A stretch of DNA of 38,505 nucleotides from an uncultured Anaerolineaceae bacterium (GTDB lineage: Bacteria > Chloroflexota > Anaerolineae > 4572-78): contig CAZMXX010000002.1 in assembly GCA_964570315.1 (NCBI GenBank), forward strand, positions 1 through 38,505, in the 5' to 3' direction. Made by a program: the position numbers and the translations under genes. Positions 9,029-16,693 of the stretch are shown here, one piece after another (the first letter of the stretch is position 1; each line of letters starts with the position of its first letter). The notes beneath the pieces are model-generated. The model saw only the letters and a list, made by a program, of their open reading frames with translations, had not been told where the DNA came from and searched no databases.

Positions 9029-9634
9029 ATGTCGAATCGTGAAATCCCCTTCAGTATTGCCATTTTGGCAGGGGGACAAAGCCGCCGAATGGGGCAAAAC
9101 AAAGCGCTGATAAACCTGCTGGGCAAACCTGTGCTCCGGTGGGTGATTGATGCCGTGGCATCATTGAGCGACGATATTTTTCTGGTGACCAACACCCCGG
9201 AAAGCTATCGGGCGTTTCAGTTGCCGATGGTGGGCGATATTTTCCCCGGCAATGCCGCGTTGGGCGGCATCCACACGGCGGTTGCCACCGCGCGGCATCC
9301 CTGGGTGATGCTGTTGGCGTGCGATATGCCACTTGTCCGCGCCGATATTGTCCGCGCAATGGCGGCGCAACGGGGAGATGCGGATGTGGTTGTGCCGCGC
9401 ATCGCCGGGCGCGCCGAACCGTTGCACGCCCTGTATCGCAACACGTGCCGCGCCGCCATCGAAGCGAGCATCGCCGCGCAACAATTGCGGGTCATCAGCT
9501 TTTTTGACGCGGTTGCGGTGCGCTATATCTCCCCGGCAGACCTCGGGGAACCGAATTTTAACTTTCTGACAAATTTAAATACACCGGAAGATTTACAGCG
9601 CGTCACAAAAATACTGGAAAATCAACAAACGTAA
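9029..9634 (+). CDS. mobA: Molybdenum cofactor guanylyltransferase
   Basis: N-terminal IAILAGGQSRRMGQNKAL motif and ~200 aa length typical of MobA. Confidence 0.8.
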   Translation: MSNREIPFSIAILAGGQSRRMGQNKALINLLGKPVLRWVIDAVASLSDDIFLVTNTPESYRAFQLPMVGDIFPGNAALGGIHTAVATARHPWVMLLACDMPLVRADIVRAMAAQRGDADVVVPRIAGRAEPLHALYRNTCRAAIEASIAAQQLRVISFFDAVAVRYISPADLGEPNFNFLTNLNTPEDLQRVTKILENQQT

Positions 9635-9645
9635 ATGGAATTCAC

Positions 9646-9675
9646 TTGATTTTCAAGTTTGGTATGTGCTATAAT
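9646..9675 (+). promoter_or_regulatory. Extended -10 promoter candidate for the MBL hydrolase gene
   Basis: TTGATT, 18 nt, TGcTATAAT (9667-9675). Confidence 0.5.
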
Positions 9676-9720
9676 CCCCCGTAATTGAGTGCAGATAACA
9701 TCACAGAAATTGGAGTGATT

Positions 9721-10572
9721 ATGCGTCGGGAACGTGTTTCAGACGATATTTATGTCTTTACCAGCAGCTTATACGCCCAAGTCACGGCATCTGCCGTGGT
9801 GCACCGGGAAGGGATTGTGGTGATGGACACCCTGCCATACCCGGAAGAAACCCGCGAGATGATTGACTATTTAAACTCGCTGGGGAAGGGGAGAATCAAA
9901 TATCTCATCAACTCCCATTGGCACGCCGACCACACCTTCGGCAATTATTTATTTGATGCGGATGTGCAATTGGTGTGCCACAAACGCTGTTACGACAATC
10001 TGGTGGCGTATGGGCAACTCGCTATTGATGAAGCCAAAGCGAACAATCCCGAATTTGAAGAAGTCCAACTCCGCATCCCCGACATTATTTTCGACAACGG
10101 GGACTTGGTGCTGCACATCGGCAACAAATCGGTGGAACTGCATCTGCTGCCGGGGCACACCAACGACCAAACCATCGCCTACGTGCGGGAAGACAAAGTG
10201 ATGCTCGCCTCCGACGCGATGATGCCCGTGCCATATTTCATTGCCGGAGACCGGCATCAAATGCGCGCCTCTCTGCTGGCGATGCTCGATTTCACGCTGG
10301 AAAGTATGGTGCAGGGGCACGGCGAAGTGTTGTTGCGCGGCGAAATCCCCAAAGCCATTGATGCCTGCGTGGCGTATCTGGATACCATTGAAGAAGAAGT
10401 CCGCCGGGCGGTGACGCGGGGCGAATCCCGCGAATCACTCAACCGACTTTTGATTGATGATTGCGGATTGAGCCGCATCCCGTTGAACGGGTTGGTGCAG
10501 GAATTACATCGGGTGAATCTCCACCATCTTTATGATGAGATGATGGCTGAAGAAACACTTGACAACCCATAA
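9721..10572 (+). CDS. MBL-fold metallo-hydrolase
   Basis: HWHADH (HxHxDH) motif. Start set to ATG 9721, 5 nt after GGAG. The TTG at 9685 in the track ORF would sit at the predicted transcription start. Confidence 0.8.
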   Translation: MRRERVSDDIYVFTSSLYAQVTASAVVHREGIVVMDTLPYPEETREMIDYLNSLGKGRIKYLINSHWHADHTFGNYLFDADVQLVCHKRCYDNLVAYGQLAIDEAKANNPEFEEVQLRIPDIIFDNGDLVLHIGNKSVELHLLPGHTNDQTIAYVREDKVMLASDAMMPVPYFIAGDRHQMRASLLAMLDFTLESMVQGHGEVLLRGEIPKAIDACVAYLDTIEEEVRRAVTRGESRESLNRLLIDDCGLSRIPLNGLVQELHRVNLHHLYDEMMAEETLDNP

Positions 10573-10587
10573 TGGCAATGATATAGT
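10559..10587 (+). promoter_or_regulatory. sigma70-type promoter candidate for the T-box leader
   Basis: TTGACA (10559-10564), 17 nt, TATAGT (10582-10587). The -35 overlaps the end of the MBL gene. Confidence 0.55.
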
Positions 10588-10625
10588 GTAGACAATCTGT
10601 TCGTATCAAAAATACGGACGCACAT

Positions 10626-10910
10626 CCCATATGCGATGATGAAAACGAGTACGGATGGCGATTCGCCTCAGCGAGTTTGGGACGGTGTGAGCCAAACGTG
10701 ACACCCATCCGGAAAATCCTTTCGGAGCAGGCAACCGAACGGTGTATGCACCCAGTAGACTTGCCCGGAATACCCCGCCGTTATCCGGGGTTCCCCGTCG
10801 AGCCGGTGGCTCCGCGGGTGAGCAGAGCGGGCAGCACATGTCAAATTGGGTGGTACCGCGAGAGCGTATATCGAACTCTCGTCCCTTTGCGGATGAGAGT
10901 TTTTTGTTTT
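10626..10910 (+). promoter_or_regulatory. T-box riboswitch leader (transcription-attenuation type); specifier most consistent with AUC (Ile)
   Basis: Stem I (10632-10729) has the K-turn UGC-GAU-GA...GA-GCA, the AGUA S-turn (10648-10651), a distal hairpin UUUGG-GACGGUGUGAG-CCAAA and the specifier loop GAAAAUCC (10712-10719). The T-box sequence is AAUUGGGUGGUACCGCG (10844-10860). The antiterminator has a canonical 7-nt bulge UGGUACC, and a competing terminator follows. Confidence 0.9.
10874..10910 (+). terminator. Intrinsic terminator of the T-box leader
   Basis: AACTCTCGTCC-CTTTGC-GGATGAGAGTT (11 bp including one G-U) followed by TTTTTGTTTT. The 5' arm overlaps the 3' strand of the antiterminator helix (CGAGAG/CTCTCG). 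Confidence 0.85.
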
Positions 10911-10930
10911 CAAAAATCATGGAGAAGATT

Positions 10931-11647
10931 ATGACCGAATTACTGGCTCACGCCGACAGCTATCTGAAAGAATTTGACGCCATCATGACTGAAATACACC
11001 CCGACCAAAACGCCATCGCCCTTGACCGCACCGCATTTTATCCCGGTGGGGGCGGACAACCCTACGATGTGGGGCACATCACCGTGAATGGCGCAACCTT
11101 CCCCGTTACCAAAGTGAAAAAACAGGGCGGGACAATCTGGCACTGGATTGACGGCGACCTGCCCGCCGTGGGCACAGCTCTCCACGCGGAACTGGACTGG
11201 GCGCGGCGTTATAAATTAATGCGCACCCACACCGCCATGCACATTTTGTGCGGCGTGGTCTGGCGCGATTACGGTGCGTCGGTGACGGGGGGCAACATGG
11301 AACCCCTCAAAGGGCGCATGGATTTTGAATTTGAGAGCATGCACAAAGAATTGGTGGCGGAAATCGAAGAGAAAATCAACGCGGAAGTTGCCAACGCCCG
11401 CCCCGTGTTATGGCGGGTATTGCCCCGCGAAGAAGCGTTTCAAATCCCCGATTTGATTCGCACCAAAATAAACCTGTTGCCACCCGCCATTCAAGAAGTG
11501 CGGATTGTGGAAATCGAAGGGTTGGATTTACAGGCGGACGGCGGCACACACGTCCGCAACACGCAGGAAGTGGGACGCATAAAAATTGTGGGCTACAAAA
11601 GCAAAGGACGCATCAACAAACGCATCATGGTGGAAATTTCCGATTAG
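10931..11647 (+). CDS. alaX: AlaX-type (AlaRS/ThrRS second-additional-domain family) tRNA editing-domain protein
   Basis: N-terminal barrel motif LDRTAFYPGGGGQPYDVG, HxxxH box HTAMH (aa 100-104) and a GGTH box (ADGGTH, aa 202-207). Start set to ATG 10931, 6 nt after GGAG. The 5' part of the track ORF (10742-10930) is the T-box RNA. Confidence 0.75.
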   Translation: MTELLAHADSYLKEFDAIMTEIHPDQNAIALDRTAFYPGGGGQPYDVGHITVNGATFPVTKVKKQGGTIWHWIDGDLPAVGTALHAELDWARRYKLMRTHTAMHILCGVVWRDYGASVTGGNMEPLKGRMDFEFESMHKELVAEIEEKINAEVANARPVLWRVLPREEAFQIPDLIRTKINLLPPAIQEVRIVEIEGLDLQADGGTHVRNTQEVGRIKIVGYKSKGRINKRIMVEISD

Positions 11648-11664
11648 TTTGAGTGAGGTGAATC

Positions 11665-12180
11665 ATGGCAAGACCGGGAGGAGGGTCGAAAATGAATGCT
11701 TTGTTCGATTGGGTAGTGGTGGTTTTGGCGCTGGTGGCGCTGGTGATTGTACTGCTGTTGCGCAACAAAGACGGAGAAAATGAGGGCGCGATTGAGCGCT
11801 CGCCGTTTGAAGCGGATGAACGCCCCGACCCCGTGCCGGAGCCGGAACCCGTGGCGACGCCCGCAGCGGTTGTCACCGCGCCGGAACCCGTGGCGGACAC
11901 CGTTTCCGCCGCCCCGGCAAAACCGGACGACCTGAAAAAAATCGAGGGCATCGGACCGAAAATCGCCTCGGTGCTGAATGCCGCCGGTATTTCGACCTTT
12001 GCCCAACTGGCGGCAACCTCCGCCGACCGCATCCGCGAAATTCTGGAAGCGGAAGACCCGCGCTTAACCCGTTTGGCAGACCCCACCACTTGGGCGGAAC
12101 AGGCGCAACTCGCCGCCGCCGGAAAATGGGACGACCTCGCCGCATTGCAGGACGCGCTCAAAGGTGGGCGGCGGGTGTGA
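11665..12180 (+). CDS. Membrane-anchored helix-hairpin-helix (HhH) domain protein
   Basis: One N-terminal TM (ALFDWVVVVLALVALVIVLLL), a Pro/Glu-rich linker and a C-terminal KIEGIGPKIASVLNAAGISTFAQLA HhH-type domain. Alternative start at ATG 11692. Confidence 0.6.
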   Translation: MARPGGGSKMNALFDWVVVVLALVALVIVLLLRNKDGENEGAIERSPFEADERPDPVPEPEPVATPAAVVTAPEPVADTVSAAPAKPDDLKKIEGIGPKIASVLNAAGISTFAQLAATSADRIREILEAEDPRLTRLADPTTWAEQAQLAAAGKWDDLAALQDALKGGRRV

Positions 12181-12185
12181 AAATC

Positions 12186-12240
12186 AGTGAAGAATGGATA
12201 GTGAAAAGTGAAAAGTAGGGGCGACCCTCGTGGTCGCCCG
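12186..12240. repeat. Five in-phase heptamers (AGTGAAG AATGGAT AGTGAAA AGTGAAA AGTAGGG) running into a GC-rich REP-like hairpin
   Basis: Hairpin GGGCGACC-CTCGT-GGTCGCCC at 12219-12239. No U-tract follows. Confidence 0.5.
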
Positions 12241-12281
12241 GCTGCCGTCCGGCGGCTCCATTTTCACGCCTCACGAAACAC

Positions 12282-12312
12282 GCAATACCAATAACCAAGA
12301 ACGAATGACAAA
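12282..12312. repeat. Heptamer-phased tract upstream of ileS (GCAATAC CAATAAC CAAGAAC GAATGAC)
   Basis: It shares the 12-mer ACCAATAACCAA with 34824-34835. It shares the 12-mer ACGAATGACAAA with the complement of 30614-30625. Confidence 0.45.
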
Positions 12313-12337
12313 TCTTTCTTTTGGAGTATGAATCATC

Positions 12338-15300
12338 ATGCCATTTAAACCGGTACCTTCCAACGTTGACTTTCCCGCGCAGGAACGGGAGACCATCAAA
12401 TTTTGGGAACAGAACCAAATTTTTCAAAAAACCGTTGCCCTTCACAAGGGACAACCGAAGTGGTCTTTTGTGGATGGACCCATCACCGCTAACAACCCGA
12501 TGGGCGTGCATCACGGGTGGGGGCGCACCTACAAAGACCTGTACAACCGTTTCTGGACGATGCGCGGGCGTGAATTGCGCTATCAAAACGGCTTCGACTG
12601 CCAGGGGTTGTGGGTGGAAGTGGAAGTTGAAAAAGAACTCGGTTTCAAATCGAAAAAAGATATTGAAGATTACGGGCTGGCGGAATTTGTGAAACGCTGC
12701 AAAGAGCGCGTGTTGCGATATGCCGCCGTCCAAACCGGGCAATCCATCCGGCTGGGCTACGCCATGGATTGGAACGACCCCGACGAGTTGCGCCGTCTGG
12801 CGGATTTGATGGAAGAAGACGCCGCCCAAACCATCACCCTGCCGCGCCCAACCGGCGATGTCACCGGCACGGTGGAAGAACTGGTGGGGCGGCTCGGCAT
12901 GCCCGAACTCGGCGGCAGCTATTTCACCTTTTCCACCGAAAACAACTACATGATTTGGACTTTCCTGAAAAAATGCTGGGAAAAAGGCTGGCTCTACAAA
13001 GGCGCGGACGTGATGCCGTGGTGTCCGCGTTGCGCCACCGGCATCAGCCAGCATGAAATCGTCACCGACGGTTACGCCGAGCTGACCCATCGCAGCATTA
13101 CCCTGAAATTCCCCCTGCGCGAGCGCCCCGGCGAGTTTCTGCTGGTTTGGACGACCACCCCGTGGACGCTCACCAGCAACGTCGCCGCCGCCGTCGGTCC
13201 CGAACTGGACTATCTGCGGGTGAAACAGGGTGACGAAATCTACTATCTCAGCAAAGGGACAACATCCATGCTGAAAGGGAAGTTTGAAGTGCTCGACACC
13301 CTCAAAGGGCGTGAGATGGTCGGCTGGACATATGACGGTCCCTTCGATGAACTGCCCGCCGCCAATCAGCCCGGCGGCTTCACCGACCTGAAAGAGATTA
13401 TCGCCCATGTCACTGTCACCGCCAAAGACGCGCACCGGGTGCTGGCGTGGGAAGACGTGGGCGAGGATGAAGGGACGGGCATCGTTCACATCGCCCCCGG
13501 TTGTGGTGCGGAGGACTTCGGGCTGGGCAAAGAAAATGGTTTGCCGCTCATCGCCCCCATCAATGATGAAGGGTATTTTCTGGATGGATTTGACTGGCTC
13601 AACGGTATGTATGTCGGCGATGTTGCCACCCCCATTTTTGAAAATCTGGAGAAAAAAGGGCGGCTCTACCGGGTGGAAGAATATACCCACCGGTATCCGA
13701 CCTGCTGGCGCTGTAAAACCGAACTCGTCTTCCGGCTGGTGGATGAGTGGTACATCAGCATGGGCGAATTGTACGATAAACCCCGCTCGGAAGTGACGCC
13801 GGAAGAAAAAGAAGCCAGTCTGCGCTACCAAATTATGGACGTGACCGAACAAATCAACTGGATTCCGTCCTTCGGCAAAGAGCGCGAACTCGATTGGTTG
13901 CGCAACATGCACGATTGGATGATTTCCAAAAAACGGTACTGGGGATTGGCGCTCCCCATCTGGGTGTGCGATAACGCCGATTGCGACCATTTTGAAGTGG
14001 TCGGCAGCGGGGATGAGCTGAAAGACCGCGCGGTGGAAGGTTGGGATGATTTTGAGGGGCACACCCCGCATCGCCCCTTTGTGGACGCGGTGAAAATTGC
14101 CTGCCCCCACTGCGGCTCATCCATGACCCGCATCGCCGATGTCGGCAACCCCTGGCTCGACGCGGGGATTGTCCCCTTCAGCACCCTGCAATATCGCACC
14201 AACCCCGACTACTGGCGCGAATGGTATCCCGCCGACCTGACCAGCGAATCGTTCCCCGGTCAATTCCGCAACTGGTTTTACAGCATGTTGGTCATGGCAA
14301 CCGTGCTCGATGGTACACCGCCGTTTAAAAACAACTTCAGCTACGCCACCCTTTTCGCGGAAGACGGGCGGGCGATGCACAAAAGCTGGGGCAACTCCAT
14401 TGAATTCAACGAAGCCGCCGACAAAATGGGCGTGGATGTGATGCGCTGGCTGTACTGCAATCACAAGCCGGAATCCAACCTGCTCTTCGGGTACAACCGC
14501 GCCGATGAAGTGCGCCGCCAATTCCTCATTCCCCTGTGGAACGTGTACAACTTCTTCGTCACCTATGCCCGATTGGACAACTGGGAACCCGCCTCATCCG
14601 CCGCCGAATGGCACGGCTCGGAAAATGTGCTGGACGTATGGATTGTGGCGCGGCTCAATCAAGTCATCGCCCGCGTGACCCGCGCCTTTGAAGCCTACGA
14701 CGCCATGAATGCGACTATGGCGGTGGAGACTTTCCTGAACGACCTGACCAACTGGTATGTCCGCCGTTCTCGCCGCCGTTTCTGGCGTGGCGAGCAGGAT
14801 ACCGACAAAAACAGCGCGTATGAAACGCTGTATCACGTTTTGGTCACGCTGATAAAACTACTCGCGCCCGTCACCCCCTTTGTCACCGAAGTGATGTATC
14901 AGAATTTGGTGCGCGGGGTCGATGTGGATGCGCCGGAAAGTGTGCATCATCACCAATACCCGCAGGCGGACGCCGCGCGAGTGGCGGAATCGGTGCTGGC
15001 GCAGATGGCGCTCACGCGGCAGGTCTGCTCGCTCGGACTCAGCGCGCGCAGTGGGGCGAACCTCAAAGTGCGGCAGCCGTTGGCGAAAGTGCTGGCGCAT
15101 CTGGGCGAAGGGAAGGCGGAACTCGGCGCGGAATATGTGGACATCATTCTGGATGAGCTGAACGTGAAAGCGTTTGAATTTGTGAGCGACGCGGGTGCGC
15201 TGGTGGCATATAAATTACTGCCGAACAGCAAATTGCTCGGTCCCAAATTCGGGAAACAGTTCCCCGCCGTGCGCAACGCGCTCAACGCGCTGGATGCGGC

Positions 15301-15736
15301 GGTGGTTGCCGCACAGGTGGCGGCGGGCAACAGCGTGACCATCACCCTGAACGGCGAAGCGGTCGAGTTGGCGGCGGATGAGATTCTGGTGCAGACGGAA
15401 CCCGCCGAAGGGCTGGCGGTTGCCGCCGACAAAATCGTCACCGTGGGCATTGACACCGTCATCACCGATGATTTGGCGGCGGAAGGCTTGGCGCGCGAAA
15501 TTGTGCGTCGGGTGCAGAACATGCGCAAAGAAGCGGACTTCAATATTGAAGACAAAATCCGGCTGTATTATCAATCGGCGGGGCGTGTGGTGCGGGTGTT
15601 CAACCGGTGGGCGGATTACATCAAAACCGAAACGCTGGCGCTGGAAATCAGGCATGAATTAATTCCCGAAAGCGCGTTCCAAAAGCTGGAAAAAATCGAC
15701 GGGGAAACCGTCACCCTCGGTGTGGAACGGGTGTGA
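12338..15736 (+). CDS. ileS: Isoleucine--tRNA ligase (long, divergent type)
   Basis: Shows WCPRCATGISQHE, the CP1 editing motifs WTTTPWTLTSN and GTGIVHIAPGCGAEDF, ISKKRYWGLALPIW and a Zn-ribbon CPHCG. Total 1132 aa. Confidence 0.9.
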   Translation: MPFKPVPSNVDFPAQERETIKFWEQNQIFQKTVALHKGQPKWSFVDGPITANNPMGVHHGWGRTYKDLYNRFWTMRGRELRYQNGFDCQGLWVEVEVEKELGFKSKKDIEDYGLAEFVKRCKERVLRYAAVQTGQSIRLGYAMDWNDPDELRRLADLMEEDAAQTITLPRPTGDVTGTVEELVGRLGMPELGGSYFTFSTENNYMIWTFLKKCWEKGWLYKGADVMPWCPRCATGISQHEIVTDGYAELTHRSITLKFPLRERPGEFLLVWTTTPWTLTSNVAAAVGPELDYLRVKQGDEIYYLSKGTTSMLKGKFEVLDTLKGREMVGWTYDGPFDELPAANQPGGFTDLKEIIAHVTVTAKDAHRVLAWEDVGEDEGTGIVHIAPGCGAEDFGLGKENGLPLIAPINDEGYFLDGFDWLNGMYVGDVATPIFENLEKKGRLYRVEEYTHRYPTCWRCKTELVFRLVDEWYISMGELYDKPRSEVTPEEKEASLRYQIMDVTEQINWIPSFGKERELDWLRNMHDWMISKKRYWGLALPIWVCDNADCDHFEVVGSGDELKDRAVEGWDDFEGHTPHRPFVDAVKIACPHCGSSMTRIADVGNPWLDAGIVPFSTLQYRTNPDYWREWYPADLTSESFPGQFRNWFYSMLVMATVLDGTPPFKNNFSYATLFAEDGRAMHKSWGNSIEFNEAADKMGVDVMRWLYCNHKPESNLLFGYNRADEVRRQFLIPLWNVYNFFVTYARLDNWEPASSAAEWHGSENVLDVWIVARLNQVIARVTRAFEAYDAMNATMAVETFLNDLTNWYVRRSRRRFWRGEQDTDKNSAYETLYHVLVTLIKLLAPVTPFVTEVMYQNLVRGVDVDAPESVHHHQYPQADAARVAESVLAQMALTRQVCSLGLSARSGANLKVRQPLAKVLAHLGEGKAELGAEYVDIILDELNVKAFEFVSDAGALVAYKLLPNSKLLGPKFGKQFPAVRNALNALDAAVVAAQVAAGNSVTITLNGEAVELAADEILVQTEPAEGLAVAADKIVTVGIDTVITDDLAAEGLAREIVRRVQNMRKEADFNIEDKIRLYYQSAGRVVRVFNRWADYIKTETLALEIRHELIPESAFQKLEKIDGETVTLGVERV

Positions 15737-15761
15737 TGACCCGTTGAAACAAAATTTGCCG

Positions 15762-15799
15762 CAGGGGCACGGTGGAAACATCGTGTCCCTGTTTTTTTT
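15762..15799 (+). terminator. Intrinsic terminator after ileS
   Basis: CAGGGGCACG-GTGGAAACAT-CGTGTCCCTG followed by T8. Confidence 0.8.
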
Positions 15800-15888
15800 A
15801 CAACAGGACTGGAATTTTCACGTATAAAATGGTATACTGATTGTGTCATAGTTTTAAAAAACCGTACAATTTCCCAGAGGAGGGAACA

Positions 15889-16560
15889 ATGGATTTTGGT
15901 GCAATGATCCAAACATGGATCAACGTGTTGACTCACCCCGGTGATGCCGCATTTCAGGAAGAACGACTCAAACCGCAGGCGAAGATTGTTACCGCCCTCA
16001 TTTGGGTGGTCATTGCCGCCGTGATTGCCGCCATCTTCAGCGGCATCGGCGTGGCTATTGGCGGGGGTGTCGGTTTCATGCAGAATATCATGCTGAGTCA
16101 GGACATTCCGCCGGAGATGCGCCAGCAATTCGCGCAGTATGCCACAATGGGCTCCGGAACCGTCTTCGGGGCGTTATTTGGCACGCTTATCTTCGCTCCG
16201 CTTGCCTTCATTGTCGGCTCCGGCATTCTGTTTGTGATTGCCAAGATGTTCGGCGGCGAAGGTAATTTCGAGGAGCAAACATATCTGCTCGCCACATTTT
16301 GGGCGCCCATCACCATCATTAATGCCGTGCTCGGCGTCATTCCGTTTTTGGGGGCGTGTCTCGGTTTCATCGTTTCAATCTATCAATTGGTGCTGGCAAC
16401 CTTCGCCATCAAAGTGTCGCACAATTTGCCCGGCGGGAAAGCCGCCGCCACCGTGCTGATTCCCATTCTCGTGGTCTTCCTCTGTCTCATTTGCGCCTTC
16501 TTCTTCATGATGCTAACCTTCGGCGCATTGTTCAGCGGCGCGATGAGCGGCAATTTCTAG
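15889..16560 (+). CDS. Yip1-family-like polytopic membrane protein
   Basis: Short soluble N-terminus (MDFGAMIQTWINVLTHPGDAAF) then about 5 TM segments. ATG 15889 is preceded by GAGGAGGG. The family assignment is by overall pattern only. Confidence 0.55.
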   Translation: MDFGAMIQTWINVLTHPGDAAFQEERLKPQAKIVTALIWVVIAAVIAAIFSGIGVAIGGGVGFMQNIMLSQDIPPEMRQQFAQYATMGSGTVFGALFGTLIFAPLAFIVGSGILFVIAKMFGGEGNFEEQTYLLATFWAPITIINAVLGVIPFLGACLGFIVSIYQLVLATFAIKVSHNLPGGKAAATVLIPILVVFLCLICAFFFMMLTFGALFSGAMSGNF

Positions 16561-16587
16561 CCCGACACCGGCTATTTGCATCCAAAA

Positions 16588-16619
16588 ACGCATCGGATTG
16601 ACCCGGTGCGTTTTTTTTA
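16588..16619 (+). terminator. Intrinsic terminator after the Yip1-like gene
   Basis: ACGCATCGG-ATTGAC-CCGGTGCGT followed by T8. Confidence 0.8.
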
Positions 16620-16633
16620 TGCGCCGCAGTTTT

Positions 16634-16661
16634 TTGGCATCTAACCTCGCATGCGTATAAT
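16634..16661 (+). promoter_or_regulatory. sigma70-type promoter candidate for the GNAT/GT4/MT-Nudix operon
   Basis: TTGGCA (16634-16639), 16 nt, TATAAT (16656-16661). GGAGAG RBS and ATG 16694 follow. Confidence 0.55.
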
Positions 16662-16693
16662 TTAAATCAATTGGATTTTGGAGAGATGTTTCA

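Noticed and set aside
10715-10717. Reading the T-box specifier as AAU (Asn), directly after the GAA S-turn
   Set aside because: The antiterminator bulge UGGU predicts discriminator A73, whereas bacterial tRNA-Asn has G73. The triplet adjacent to the lower helix is AUC, T-box specifiers usually end in C, and ileS is in the same gene string. This remains a by-eye call.
10742-10930. 5' extension of the alaX-like ORF as given in the ORF track
   Set aside because: This stretch contains the T-box sequence, antiterminator and terminator. A good GGAG RBS precedes ATG 10931, which gives the family-typical N-terminus.
12158-14110. 650-aa ORF antisense to ileS
   Set aside because: The sense strand encodes an unmistakable IleRS. 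The antisense product is compositionally biased (G/F/H/P/A-rich) with no recognisable motif. Long stop-free antisense frames are expected in GC-rich coding DNA.
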